A stretch of DNA of 64,000 nucleotides, from NCBI GenBank assembly GCA_907165135.1, contig OU015569.1, forward strand, positions 2,666,001-2,730,000, given 5' to 3'. Shown here in pieces: positions 12,731 through 24,642 of this stretch. Each line of letters starts with the position of its first letter. The stretch's first letter is position 1. Both the position numbers and the translations under genes were made by a program. The DNA is from Oikopleura dioica. Its lineage: Eukaryota; Animalia; Chordata. A model generated the notes under the pieces. It saw only the letters and a list, made by a program, of their open reading frames with translations, was not told the DNA's origin and ran no database searches.

Positions 12731-12829
12731 GAGCAAGCTCGGGGAACTTCTCGACTGTTTCGCGCATCCAGCGTTCGGCTTTTCAGTAATGTTAAAAAAA
12801 GACTGTCGCTATTTCCTTGTTATTTCCTA

Positions 12830-13700
12830 GTTTTCTTTTGTTAACTTTCCTTGTGGATAGGTAAGAAAGATATTGTAAGGCAGGGATTCCATTTGGTCAA
12901 CATTTGCGGGCTGTCGTTTCTGTTCGCTGATAGCAGCTTCTGTAGTCAGGGTTTAGGAATGTACTCGTGCACAATAATTTTCACCCCTAAGCAGCGAAAT
13001 ATCACTTTACATTCGCCACACACTTGTCCGTGTTCTTTTTGAGTCCAGACGAATTCACGAGTTGAAACGCGAACGAAAAATAACGTAATTAGACGAGTTC
13101 CTTCCAGAACCGTTCCTACATCGTCGACGAGAATTTCAAACTCGTCAAGAGCAAACTGCTCGCGCAATCCGCGAAGACGATTGTCTAAATTGTTCATTTC
13201 CGAACAAGCTGCATTGAAAACGTTGACCTACCTTCGATAAGGAAATCGGCACTTTTTGTTTGCTCCACTTGCGCGGCAAAATCCGGCTCCCACATTTGCA
13301 CATTTTTCTTTAAACGCGTTTGTTGCCTTATTCTTCAAGAGGGGCAAAGTTGAGTTGATCAAACGCTTTCCTCTCTGGCCAGAAACTCGGCAAGTTGTCG
13401 AATTCTTGCGTCGGTAAGGTTGCGCATTCGGACGACTTTGAATTGATTTCCAAAATAATACACGAGTTTCGTGGCGAACAGGTGGCAAGTAGCTTTTTGA
13501 AAATCAAGCCTTTGTACTCAGAATAGTTGACGTATTCATCCCCGAACGCCCAAGAAAAGTGTATGAGTGCTAGCAGAGCTTGGAAACAAAAGTTCATTTG
13601 CACCTCTCAGATCTTTTAAATTCTAAGTCTGGGCTTTCTCAAGCAATCAGACTTTATAAAGAGTCAACTGACTTGATTCCAAGCTCTGCTGAAGAAATCT
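12830..13700 (-). other. Possible multi-exon gene of unknown function
   Basis: Protein-like frames (MRNLTDARIRQLAEFLARE; EACSEMNNLDNRLRGLREQFALDEFEILVDD) with a GTAGG..TGCAG intron near 13190-13230. The model could not be closed. Confidence 0.3.
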
Positions 13701-14356
13701 TCATTGCGAAACTTCTCTGAAGAACTTGGCCTGTCTCGAATTTCCTGCAAAAAACTTGAAAGCGCTCAAAACCCCCGTCTAGCCTCAGCTGTTTATTCGC
13801 ACAGACTGCTCATCTCTCCAACATCATCACTCGGTTATTTCTAGCGTAACGAATCCCAAATGAAACATAAACATTATCTCTTACTGTTCTAACTAGGTTT
13901 GCCAGGAAGGGCTGACGTCATCGAAACTAGAACTTATTCTAGCCACGACTTCGTGAACAATCACTTTCTAACGAAGCCGGACGCGGCTAAACAAGCTCCC
14001 TTCAAATCTCCGACAGTGTGAAAATATATAATCATACCCACAGAGCCCGTTTTCTAGGACTAATCGAAAAAAAGAGCATCCACGATTTTGGACGTAATTC
14101 GACTCTCTTTTTACATAAGTACCACTCGAGGCTTTTAGGAAAATCTTATACGCATTACGCTCACTTAACTAGTGCTTATCGCCATTAAAAGCCTTAACTG
14201 GCCCTTGTAAAACGTTTTCTAGCGTACTCCGTCTAACAAGCTTGGCGAATATTTACGATACTCTGAATTATTTTTACTGGTAAAAATGATAAGTAAACAC
14301 TGGTTTTGGTTGGAAAAATCTTCTATTTCGACTTATTTCTGCAGAAAATGGACAGT

Positions 14357-15281
14357 CTAGCTAAAGATGACTCGGCGGATCTGATCCTGTGAGAAGATTC
14401 CACGGCAATTCGGGCACCAGTTATCATCGAGTTGGTCCAGACAGCGAGCGCAAATGACATGTCCGCAAGGAAGGGACTTCATTGCTCTGGAATCATCGTT
14501 GAATCCAGAATAGCATACTGAGCACTCTTTCCGGGCCTCGTCATCTGCTAAAAAAGAAAAATTAATTCAAACCCCTAAAATTTAGGGCATTAACAAAATA
14601 CTTACTATCTTCATCTTCCGAATATTTAGCAATCGCCTCTACTACTTTGGCGAGTTTAGCTTCGTTCTTCTTCTGAAGTTCCCAAAGCTTGCGCCCTTCT
14701 TCGAGCAACTTCGTCCTTTCTTCTTCAAGATTGTCTTATAAAAGTTTATTTATGATGTAGCACGCAAATATAAAATATTTTAACTTCCTTCCTAATTCCA
14801 TCTTCTCTCGGGCATGACGGCAGCAAGAATGGGTCCACCAAAGATCAAAGTATAATGAAGCACAAAAAAGGCTTCAATCACTCGATTTTTCTAATAAGTT
14901 GTCTTACGGACAATATAATAAAAGATATATTCAAGATTTATTCTTTGCAAATGATTGGAGCCTTTTGTCCGCATTCTTTCACAGGGCATCCGAAAATGAT
15001 TTCCTCTCCTTCAAATTCCTTGAAGTTAGTTCCCTCATCAAAACCCACGCATTCTTCACAGACGTACTTATGGCCGCACTTGTAATTGTCACTAGGTAAA
15101 CAGCTACAATCGATCGCCAGAAGCTTTTTGGGACAACTATTTATTAAATATAAATCAATTTTGAATTATTCTATATCATTAGTAATAATTAAATTATTTA
15201 CCCGTCACATTGATTGCAGAAACGATCCGAGTACAAAGGCAAGAGAAACTCTTTTTCAATGTACTTTGGCTTCTCTGACAT
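14357..15281 (-). CDS. Cys-rich N-terminus + coiled coil + C-terminal RING-HC protein (paralog 1)
   Basis: C-terminal CSVC..LPCGHVICARC..WCPNCR RING; coiled coil DNLEEERTKLLEEGRKLWELQKKNEAKL; N-terminal CNQCDG/CEEC/CPVKEC/HSCC; GT-AG introns. Confidence 0.8.
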
Positions 15282-15650
15282 CTTCGAAATCAAAATAAAA
15301 TCGCAATAAATGTCGAATTTCTCAGTGAAAGTGGCGTCAAACTTAGCTTTTTCCGCGTCGAGAGCCAGACGATCAAATCTAGAGTTTTCCCTCGCGCTGA
15401 TTGACGCGGCGTACTTTTTCTAGATTTCTTATTCGAGAATTGAGCAGATCGGGAAAACTTTTGAATCAGACCAACAATTATTAGTTTGTGAGGTTCACAA
15501 TGTGAACATTAAAGTTGCAATTCAAATCTTCCCGAACTGTACTCCGTCGCCGCTTTCTAACAGCAACTGAGTGCTTCAAAATTGTATAACAAATTTCACG
15601 AAGGTACTCAGCCTTCTCGAGTTTTTACACCGCTGATACTTAGCATTAGT

Positions 15651-15987
15651 TCAGCAAAGAATGCAAATAAGCTGTTGAAAGAAGTTTTCTGTCTGCAATT
15701 TTTTTATTTTCAAAGAATCGGATCAATTTTTATTTCCAGTGAAGACATTATCTCCGAAGTTCGTCTCATGTCCCGGATCATCGGCCGCTTGGGAATTTCT
15801 TCCTGTAGTTCGTCTTCAGAATCATCTTGTTTCTTAAGAAAGAATAGGGTTGATTACTTCCTGAAAATGTCCCTTACTTGGAGTATTTTTCGATTGAGCG
15901 CCAAGTTTTCCTTCCAAACTGTTCAAAAATCGCATCATTTGATTAAGAACCTGTTAGGTAAATCTGTTTACAAGCAAAATAGCCCAT
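15651..15987 (-). CDS. Small multi-exon gene of unknown function
   Basis: MGYFAFWKENLALNRKILQKQDDSEDELQEEIPKRPMIRDMRRTSEIMSSL, assembled through 53-nt and 45-nt GT-AG introns. The last junction is ambiguous. Confidence 0.35.
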
Positions 15988-16361
15988 CTTATTCGCAATT
16001 TGCAACTGATGTTCTAAAACTAAATGTCTAAAACTAAATGTCTGAAAAGATATCTCTCCGAGCAAATTTCCAGCGAAAATGTTGACTAAACGAGATTAAA
16101 CGAGATTCATAAGCTATTTTTCTACCCAATAAAAACCCCCTTTAAAATATTATCACTCGCTCCGATAATTTACAGACAGCTAGATTACAGGTGGCATTCC
16201 TGGCCACTTTTACGCAACAGGGGTTCGGTTATTCGAATGGAGCGTAATCTAATGAACAGTTCCTTGGTGACTTGTGACATGTCGATGTCTGTGGCGTTTT
16301 TGCCCCGCAGATAGCGACATTTCGACACATCCGTGAAAGAGGATTGCGCCGCTGTTCAGAG

Positions 16362-17003
16362 ATAATTTCAAAAAATTTTTGCGGGTCCGGAAATCATAAA
16401 AAATCTGAAAGTGCAGTTTTCTTCAGCTCGTCGAGACGAGTCGAATGATGGGTCAAACTTTTGATGACTCCAATGATTAACCGGTTAGCCGGCAATTTCC
16501 CGGAAAATACATTTCCGGTCGCCGTTTTTGTTCTAGAAATGCTAGAATGACAAAAAAAGCGGGAAACTGGTCCTTGAAGTTAGTTCTTCTGTGGGTGAAA
16601 AAATGAGAATCATATCTCTAACCATAAAATGCTTATCACCAAAATTCTATTTTATTTTGAAAATGGGACCGAAAATTAGGAAGGTGCAGCAACAACGAAA
16701 TACATACAAAATTAAGAATTTTTATCGTTAAAAAAAGTTTCGCTATATATTTGACCAATATCTTTTTGCCCACAGTAGAACTGACCATAAGGATCAGTTT
16801 CCGGGTTCATTCATCATCCTAGCATTTCTAGAACAAAAACGGCGACCGGAAACGTATTTTCCGAAAACCAGCCGGTTAACCGGTCAATCCTTGGAGTTAT
16901 CAAGAGTTTGACCCACCATTCGACTCGTCTCACCAAGCTGAAGAAAACTGCACTTTCAGAATTTTTACGATTTTCAGACCCGCAAAAATTTTTTTGAAAT
17001 TAT
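16362..17003. mobile_element. Foldback-type non-autonomous DNA element with about 190-bp TIRs
   Basis: 16362-~16550 is an imperfect inverted repeat of ~16813-17003 (ATAATTTCAAAAAA..GCGGGTC..GAAAGTGCAGTTTTCTTCAGC..). Flanked by direct repeat CAGAG at 16357-16361 and 17004-17008. Confidence 0.85.
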
Positions 17004-18210
17004 CAGAGCTGCCGGTCAGCGTTGGCACTTAGACTTCTTTATCGTCACATCTAATGCGGATGGGAAGTTCCACTTGAACGTGGACAGAGATAGAAAAAAT
17101 CGCTTATTTTCTAAAAAGCATCTTTATCTAACCCCTAGCTACTTCCGTCTTTCCAGTGTCGGATTTAGAGTGCTCTTGAGACGAAGCCCTGCCCATCGCA
17201 TTCAAATTTCGTAAAGAAAGCTTATCGTGAAAATTAATGATGATGAATCATTGAATTAGAAGAAGATAATTATAAATAGATAACGCGTAAACGATGAGAT
17301 TACTTCGTTTCGCGAAAAATAGGGGTCCGGAGGTCCATCTTTTAACGGGGAAATTCCTCCTAATTGTCCCTCTTTTTAACGGATTTTGACGTAGCCAACC
17401 TGGATCTTGAAAATCAAGGAGGGACCCTTCTATTAACGTTTAAGCCTGTTTGAAAAACGTAGAATCAAAATATGATTGATAAGCAGCCCAGCCTTTGAGA
17501 AGGAAAGTCATTGAGTCTGTCATTTTCATCTTGCGGCGGAAGCCCTTCTTTTCTTTTTCGGCTTTTCTACTTCGACTTGCGGCTGGGCGATGGGCTGCTC
17601 GAATCCATCAAGCCACTTTTATTTTCATTTCAAAAGCAATTTTGGGCTGGCAGTCTTCTTAGATTCTAGCGTTGCTTTTAGCAATCATGAGAAAGCGAGA
17701 AAAAATACAAAGAGGAGCGGATCATCCGCCAGTTTACCGCCCAGCTCTCTCTCTAAATATACACTAGAAGAGGCTTCTCTACTGGTGTTTTTAAGCACCA
17801 GAACAGCTGAAACCGACTCACTGTTTATAAAATAGCGTCTAATGGAAACGAAAGTTACGGCGCGCTAGGTTGACTCAGAGGGCACTAATTAACCGGCGAG
17901 GGAACGAGTTAAAAGCACGTTTACTTAAAAACGTTATAGAAGAGCGAAAATTGGGAGCTGAGCACTCGAGACCGTGAAATATTTCCACGTCGATTTTAGT
18001 ACTTGCTGCTCGTAATCATTATGGCTTGGCGAAAAATTCCCGAGTCTTGGAATGTTTGAAGAAGTGAACGGATCATTCGCGGAGCGACAGTAATTTTCTT
18101 TTGAAATCAGTTCCTTTTGCAGCTCGTCAAAAAAGTCGTTGATCTTCTGGTTCTGGAACGGCGGGCAAAGTCTTTGAAATAAAAGCTGAGTTAACCCATT
18201 CGGGTAGTGA

Positions 18211-18312
18211 CTGGGGGAACCTGCGTAAAAACCTGAATCAGGCTCAGATGGTAATTTTGGCCAAACCGCTATGCTCTTTCCCTGACTCAGGTTTCTACAC
18301 AGGTTGTTGTAG
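18211..18312. mobile_element. hAT-type MITE, family A, degenerate copy 2
   Basis: AACCTGCGTAAAAACCTGAATCAGG ... CCTGACTCAGGTTTCTACACAGGTTG match the family TIRs. The ends are decayed and no clean TSD is visible. Confidence 0.65.
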
Positions 18313-18752
18313 TCATCAACATACTTGTGCGAATCTTGTATGCGAATGCTTGCTGGATCTTCTTCTGTTTTCTTCAATAGCGCACGATATCTTTTCACGG
18401 CTAGATTTCATTTTTTAATAGAACATCTAGATGAGTATTACTGGCTGCCACAAGGGTGCGAACCGCGGACCGCGAAATACGTACTGATCAAAGCCTTAGC
18501 TTTCAATAATTGCCACCTCCTGGGCCTCAAATCGCTGGGTACGCTTGGCTTTTGCGCTCAATTTCGAAAAGAGAAAGCGCGAGATGAATGAGCAGGGAGT
18601 CAGAATACACTGATCTCGAATCTAGGCAAAGCATAGTCATTTGCGAGTGTGCACCTTTTCTCGTGCGAACATCTCAATCACGGCACGTGTGTTCGTCAAT
18701 CAGCCATTCCTGGAAAGTGAAGCCTTCACTCGCTGACTTTCAAAGTTCTTGC

Positions 18753-18880
18753 CTAGGATCGGTAACCTGTGTAGAAAATCTTAGTCAGGTTCTGAAAGGC
18801 CGAAATGAAAAGTCTACGCGGCTTTTCATTTAGGTTCTTAAGAACCTGACTCAGGTTTTTACACAGGTTGCCGAGCCCAG
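18753..18880. mobile_element. hAT-type MITE, family A, copy 3 (128 bp)
   Basis: Family TIRs with a perfect 8-bp TSD GTTCTTGC at 18745-18752 and 18881-18888. Confidence 0.9.
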
Positions 18881-19837
18881 GTTCTTGCCAGACTTGTAGA
18901 TTCGCTTGGACTGAACTCAACTTAGTGCGAACCTAGAGAAACTCTCCGGATTAGGTGAACACGTTGATTTTCACGGCTCTCGTTGCATATGAGCAGCTAC
19001 TGCAAAAGCAGAGAGCATTTTTGAGTGCATTGATGGAGCTTTTGCACGAAAAAGAGCTTCCAATCCTGTTAGGTCGCCTCCGGAAGCAGTAATCCTGTTA
19101 CGTGTGGAAAAGAAAGGCATCCAAGCGTTGAGGACATCAACCCCCAATTTACGGGTATTTAGGTAAATAAAGCTGCAATTTAGACTATTGTCCGCATTTT
19201 TGTGGAGATAGCGGTTTCGCTTATTTCGCAAGAAGGAGCCTTCTTGTTGCTGCTTTGAAGAGAGCGTAATTTGGTAAGCGAATCCTACCTGCTCGAAGAT
19301 TGCGCTGGCCTGGTGCGCGCGCATGCTCTCTGAACAGGTGTGTAATAGTAAGCTGGCAAGTTGGCAAACGTGCCTCGGTTGTTCTGTCGGAAGGCGATTG
19401 CTTCACGTCGTGTAGCCGCCAACTCCAAATTCCATCTTTGCGCTTTCTCCATTCCGCCTGTCGTAATTTCGCCGCCGCCCCAAGGATGATAAATTTCTTG
19501 CGCTGGGCAGGTCGCCTTCCTTAATTGCCCCATGTAAGCAGTTTGTATTCGACACGTTGGAATGCCTCTCCTAAACGAGCCTATTCTCTCTTTCCCGCTT
19601 CTGTTATTTTATACTGACGACATAAATGTCTTTCTATTGAGCTCTCGTGCGGTGTGATAAGGCTAAATATTTTCCAACGGCGCGAGTCGACGGTTTAAAA
19701 GTGAAACAATACGCCGAGTCCGTTGAGAATAAGGTTGAGCTCTTCAAGGAGTTCAAAAGTGCTTTCGCCGGAAGTAAATAAGGAAGCTCCTCACAAAAAC
19801 GTTACCCTAACAGTTCACCGGTCTCTTTTACTGTAAC

Positions 19838-19900
19838 CTAGGCTCGGCAACCTTTCTGGAGAACCTGACTCAGGTTTTCTACACAGGTTTTCGAGCCCAT
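19838..19900. mobile_element. hAT-type MITE, family A, internally deleted copy 4 (63 bp)
   Basis: CTAGGCTCGGCAACC joined almost directly to GAACCTGACTCAGGTTTTCTACACAGGTTTTCGAGCCCAT. Left flank ACTGTAAC; right flank diverged. Confidence 0.75.
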
Positions 19901-20929
19901 CCTGAAGCTTCTTCTCTGCTAATTTCATCTGCGTCCGTGCGACTTTTTTCTCTTCAACGCAAATAACCGTTTAAAACAACAGCCATCTTTCATCTCGGAT
20001 ATATTCAGCGGCTAAGCAAATAATTTGATTTTAATCGTTTTTGTCTCTCTTTACTGTAATTTCTTCGAGAAAGGCGGTGTTTTTCGCTGATCGGATGATT
20101 TTTCGAAAAATAGTAAAATCGTCTCTAGAATCGATCCCGTTGTGAGGCATGTTGTTCATTTGACGCTCACTTTGAAACTTTCGAAGTTTGAAAGTCCGAA
20201 AACAGTATTTTCTTCGGTAAGTCACTTTTTCGATGTGTTTTTACAACTGATTATTTTTTCAGCAATTCGAAGAGTCGTAAAGAGGCTTCAAGGATGATGC
20301 TGCTCCTCAATTCGTCGGAAATCGAGGAACTCATCACCCGGCTCGTCATCGAAAAGTTCGACGGCAAGAACAGAGATCTAGCTAAAGAAAGCCTCTAACT
20401 TTACTGTGTTCTGAATAAAATCAATTTTCCACCTCCAAAAAAGAGCCAAATGAAAAAAGTTGTCGACTCTAACTTTTTAAGTTGAAGAGCGACCAACTTT
20501 TTGCTTGTCGTTCACTTCCTGCAGGCTACAGCTTATGTTATGCATCATCATCATAATCTTCTTCGATAATTAGGGAGATAAGCTCGTAGGATGTCTCAGC
20601 GCACGTTTCGAAACGCGCTGAGATGTTATAAAATCCTCCTTTCTCCTCTCGCGAAAACAAATAGATATCGTTGAACCACCTTTTTAGCTGGCCAACTACT
20701 CGTAATTATCATAATAATCGAAGGCTTCGAGTTGAGGTCCTTGGAAAGTAAAGGACGTTTCAAGAATAATAATTGATGTTCTAGAGCTCGCTTACTTTTA
20801 ATGCGCCTAATTTTGTCCTAGATAACTAAAAAATCACTTATTTGTGCTAATGGCACTGCCATGAATCTATGAATCTGGAATAGCAGATCATCTCATAACT
20901 CTACGCAGATTTACAATTTCTACTAAGCG

Positions 20930-21132
20930 TGAGCGAATTATGAGCGCGATTTGAGCGATGAGCGAGCGGAGCGATAGATAAAACTTGAAAAGACGCTTGC
21001 GGCTTCAAGAACTAAGATTATAGCCGCGACTCACGCGGCTTTCTTATTTAAGCTCGAAGCCGCAAGCGGTTTCTCGAGTTACATTTGTGGCTCCACTCGC
21101 TCATCGCTCAAATATCGCTCATAACTCGCTCA
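20930..21132. mobile_element. MITE-like inverted repeat element (about 200 bp)
   Basis: TGAGCGAATTATGAGCG..GAGCGATGAGCGAG..CGCTTGCGGCTTC mirrored by GAAGCCGCAAGCG..CTCGCTCATCGCTC..CGCTCATAACTCGCTCA. No TSD recognised. Confidence 0.7.
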
Positions 21133-21436
21133 GACTCGGGCGAAATTGGAACCTCATCAAGAGAATGAGACATCATTCAGGCAACATCAGACTACTTTCA
21201 AAATATTTCGATTAACCTCAGAATGAATTTAGCTGTGAATTATTCAAAAGGTTCATAAAGGCCATAGTTTGTTAGCTAGTTCTCGCGCTTCTAAATTTTT
21301 GATTTTTCCGCAAGTATATTATTTATAGAGTACAATCTCAGAGTGAAGCGGTTGCTCGCGCGCTCACTAGAACTCTCGAGTGAGTGCATTACAAAGTGAA
21401 GATAAATCAACTGTTTTTCCAGTTTTTGCTCGATAA

Positions 21437-21658
21437 ATGAACGCACAGTTTGCGAATTTGAAGACAGTGTCTACCGCCGACATCAAGAGATCCGACGGCA
21501 CTGTTCAGAAAAGGAAATCACTTGAAGATCTAATCCAGGAAAGGTTCGCGAGCTGTAGCATCCTCCGTCCATGTGGAGATCGAAGAGGCCACTTGGATAC
21601 ACCCTCCTTCCGCCATTTCCCGCAGAAAACGTACCCCGACAAGTTAAGCCTCCCTTGA
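21437..21658 (+). CDS. Small ORF of unknown function (73 aa)
   Basis: Pyrimidine-rich acceptor TTTTTCCAG 14 nt before the ATG; AATAAA near 21704. No domain recognised. Confidence 0.4.
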   Translation: MNAQFANLKTVSTADIKRSDGTVQKRKSLEDLIQERFASCSILRPCGDRRGHLDTPSFRHFPQKTYPDKLSLP

Positions 21659-21949
21659 CCCTTGAAGGAGTTCACTCAAAAGGAGCAGAAAAAATTTTAA
21701 TTGAATAAAAATTGAGCATCGATAAGATGAAACCAAAATGCCATTAGCCTCGCTATCACAACGACCCTTCTTCTAGTCGTATTTTTGATAAGACTATCAG
21801 TTGAAGTAAACACGTTCTTTTCAGTTCACATTTTACCGCAGTAATTCAATAGTCACCCCAAAGTAAATCATTGAATACGGAATTATTTCGCCGCTCTCCG
21901 AATCTCAAAAAATCAGGAAGACGTTCGCAGTCCAATTCCAACCAGTTAC

Positions 21950-23563
21950 ATGTCTGCCAATCAACTCCCCATTCCCCAATTAGCCACTCCGCACAATTCC
22001 TCGCATCTTTCCCCAAAACCTCCAACTCTCTCGCCGAGCGTCTTCTCGATGGCGTCACCGATCGTTTCCCCAGGAATCGCGCAGCCCTCAAATTCGCCAA
22101 ATCTTCTGAACTTTCCGCATCCGCCCTCGCCAATGTTTCAAAGTACACCTGGCTCAGCTATGAACTCGCTGGGAGGCAACTCGTTTTCAATGCCGCTGAA
22201 TTCACCAAGTCCTCTTCTCACTCCGTCTCCTTTTGCACCGAGCTTGATTGTTAGCCCGGCTGGATTAGCTGGATCCAGTTCCAAGACTTCCTGGCAAAGT
22301 GCAAAGAATCAATCAGTTGCTGCTTTCCAGGAAAGTGTAAAAATGATCTGATATTGACGTGAATCATTCAATATCCTTTTTACTACTGTAACCAAGGCTC
22401 GGCAACTTATATCGAAAGCCTGAGTCAGGTTCTGGAAAACGAATGATGAAAGGCGGCTTCGTAACATCACGATTTCAGTCTATTTTTAACTTCTTGCGAA
22501 GCCGCTACACAGCTTTTCAGAACCTGACTCAGGTTTTCTATACAGGTTGCTGAGCTCAGACTGTAACCACTGGAAATAGCTGTAGTTAAAACTGAAGAAT
22601 GTAACTAACCAATTTTTTCTCCGTTTATGTAATTTAAACAGCGCGAAAAGTAATTTGAAAATGTACAGTCACTCGAAAAGGGAGCAAAAGTCCGGCAAAA
22701 ACGCGTGAACGTCACGATGCGGCGCACGCAGAAAGCAACACCGAAAGAGCAACTAGAAGCTCAAAGCGCCCGCCTAAACGGCGTCAAGTGTCTGGCTCCC
22801 TTGGACAAATGGCTGGACACCATCATCATGGGAACTTTCAACTTGCCAGTGAACATGATGGGGAACGCATGGCGAAGTTTTACAAAATGCTCCTGGCAGC
22901 TGAAGATCAGGAAGCGTGTTTTGACAAAGATTGAGTCAGGCTGCAATTATTTTGAAGAAAATGTTAAATCCGCTAAACAGAACGAAAAAGAAGAAGTAAT
23001 CCGACGAACTGCGGAAAAACGCCGAAGACAAGCTAAGTTTGACATTCTTACAACACAAAACAATGCGTTTTTACAGGCGAAATCGCGCCTTACTGGATAA
23101 GTCTCAAAATCGACAACTTTCTAAAGAAATCTTTCGCGCTAAGAGCTGCCCGATCCACGAAGATGAGATCAACTCGGGAAGGTCGACCCCAAATGGGATT
23201 TACGCCGGCTCCGTTGGATCGGACAATGTCTTCCGCTCCGCCGAGGAGCAGGCAGCCTGGTATAAGCGGCCCAAGTGGGCGAGGTGGAACCCTGAAGAGC
23301 CAGAAGACATTAACGAGGATCAGTTCTATACCGCACTCTCACCACAACCCTCGATTGCTGGCGGCTCGGCTGTTGTACCAGTCAAGGGTGCCACCTTCTT
23401 CCACACCTGTCTCGACAATTACGAGGCACCAATTCAAGTTTTCTTCGTTGAAGATGACCTGACCCTCGTAACATTCAAAATCGCGCTCATTCTAAATCAA
23501 GCCGTGTTCCACATTGTTTTTGTTCGTAAATGCGTAAGCCGCAGCAATCTGGAATGTTGCTAG
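21950..23563 (+). CDS. Pro/Ser-rich multi-exon protein of unknown function
   Basis: 133-aa SP-rich first exon with an acceptor about 20 nt upstream. The first intron hosts MITE copy 5. Downstream open frames 22669-23100 and 23039-23563; internal junctions uncertain. Confidence 0.5.
22393..22559. mobile_element. hAT-type MITE, family A, copy 5 (167 bp)
   Basis: Family TIRs with a perfect 8-bp TSD ACTGTAAC at 22385-22392 and 22560-22567. Confidence 0.9.
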
Positions 23564-23693
23564 TTTATGAAAAAAGCGCTTTGATATAGGATTTGAAAGA
23601 TCAGATGAAATGACATTTTCATTCAAATTCCGAATGAGGCTATCGAATGTATACTCAGCGCGGATTTATCAAAAAGAGTCAAGTAGATATCTT

Positions 23694-24642
23694 TAGGCTT
23701 ACCGGACTGAATTTCGGTCCATTTTTCTAACTTAGTTGGAGGGTCATATGACACAGTTTTAGAAAGCTCAGAAGCTGGGCTTTCATTTGGGCACCATATA
23801 AGGGGGTCTGGGTCATGCCCGCAAGGCAATTCATGGGACCTAAAGTTCCAAAATAGGCACTAGAACACTTCAAACTATTTTTTCCAAGGCGGGCCGGCCT
23901 TTAAAGCCATTAAGACTCATATATTTAGAAAGCTAAGCCTCTGAGCTTTCAGTAAAGCCCTAGAAATCTTAGTGCAAAGCCGTTTTTGGCCACCTAGGGG
24001 CGCTAGAAGTTCCGTAATATAAACCGGAAATTCCGGAAATTTCGGATTTAGAGCGCTTTACTCTTATATTAATGTTTATAAACCATATATTAGCAATAAT
24101 TGACGCTTTAAAAAGCTAGAGAACCGTCGTCAAACCGGGTGGTCAACCGAGTGGTTCATCGCGGTTCAACTCTAGAAACCTTCTCATACATGGCAATATG
24201 GGTATTTTTCGACGGGAAATTGAATGAAAATGAAAATTAAAGATATATCGCGGTCGAACACTTCGACTTACCACCTGGTTTAGAACTTTTACTAAGAGTT
24301 TTCCGGAATTTCCAGTTTTCAACCCAATTTCTAGCGCCCCCAGGTGGTCAAAAGCGGCTTTGCACTAAGATTTCTAGGGCTTTACTGAAAGCTCATAGGC
24401 TGAGCTTTCTAAATATATGAGTCTTGATGGCTTTAAAGGCCGGCCCGCCTTGGAAAAATAGTTTGAAGTGTTCTAGTGCCTATTTTGGAACTTTAGGTCC
24501 CATGTATTGCCTTGCGGGCATGACCCAAACCCCTTGATATGGTACCCAAATGAAAGCCCAGTTTCTAAGCTTTCTAAAACTGTATCATATGACCCCCAAA
24601 CTAAGCTATAAAAATGGGCCGAAATTTAGTCCGGTAAGCCTA
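23694..24642. mobile_element. Non-autonomous DNA transposon (949 bp) with about 350-bp TIRs, hAT- or Mutator-like
   Basis: Ends TAGGCTTACCGGACT / AGTCCGGTAAGCCTA; long imperfect inverted arms 23694-~24040 and ~24300-24642; TSD GATATCTT at 23686-23693 and 24643-24650. No transposase ORF. Confidence 0.9.

Larger units (their letters stand above)
17930..20398 (+). other. Probable multi-exon gene(s) of unknown function, interrupted by three family A MITEs
   Basis: Plus-strand splice signals (acceptor near 18420, donors near 19534 and 20217, ~45-nt introns at 20132-20176 and 20217-20260). Helical frames such as AYEQLLQKQRAFLSALMELLHEKELPILLGRL and RMMLLLNSSEIEELITRLVIEKF. The full model is not resolved. 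Confidence 0.35.

Noticed and set aside
16012-16052. 15-bp tandem duplication CTAAAACTAAATGT
   Set aside because: Two to three copies of an AT-rich unit, consistent with ordinary slippage.
17934-18398. 154-aa minus-strand ORF that reads through a MITE, suggesting exonisation
   Set aside because: Splice signals in the region favour the plus strand and no domain is recognisable; the open frame may be incidental.
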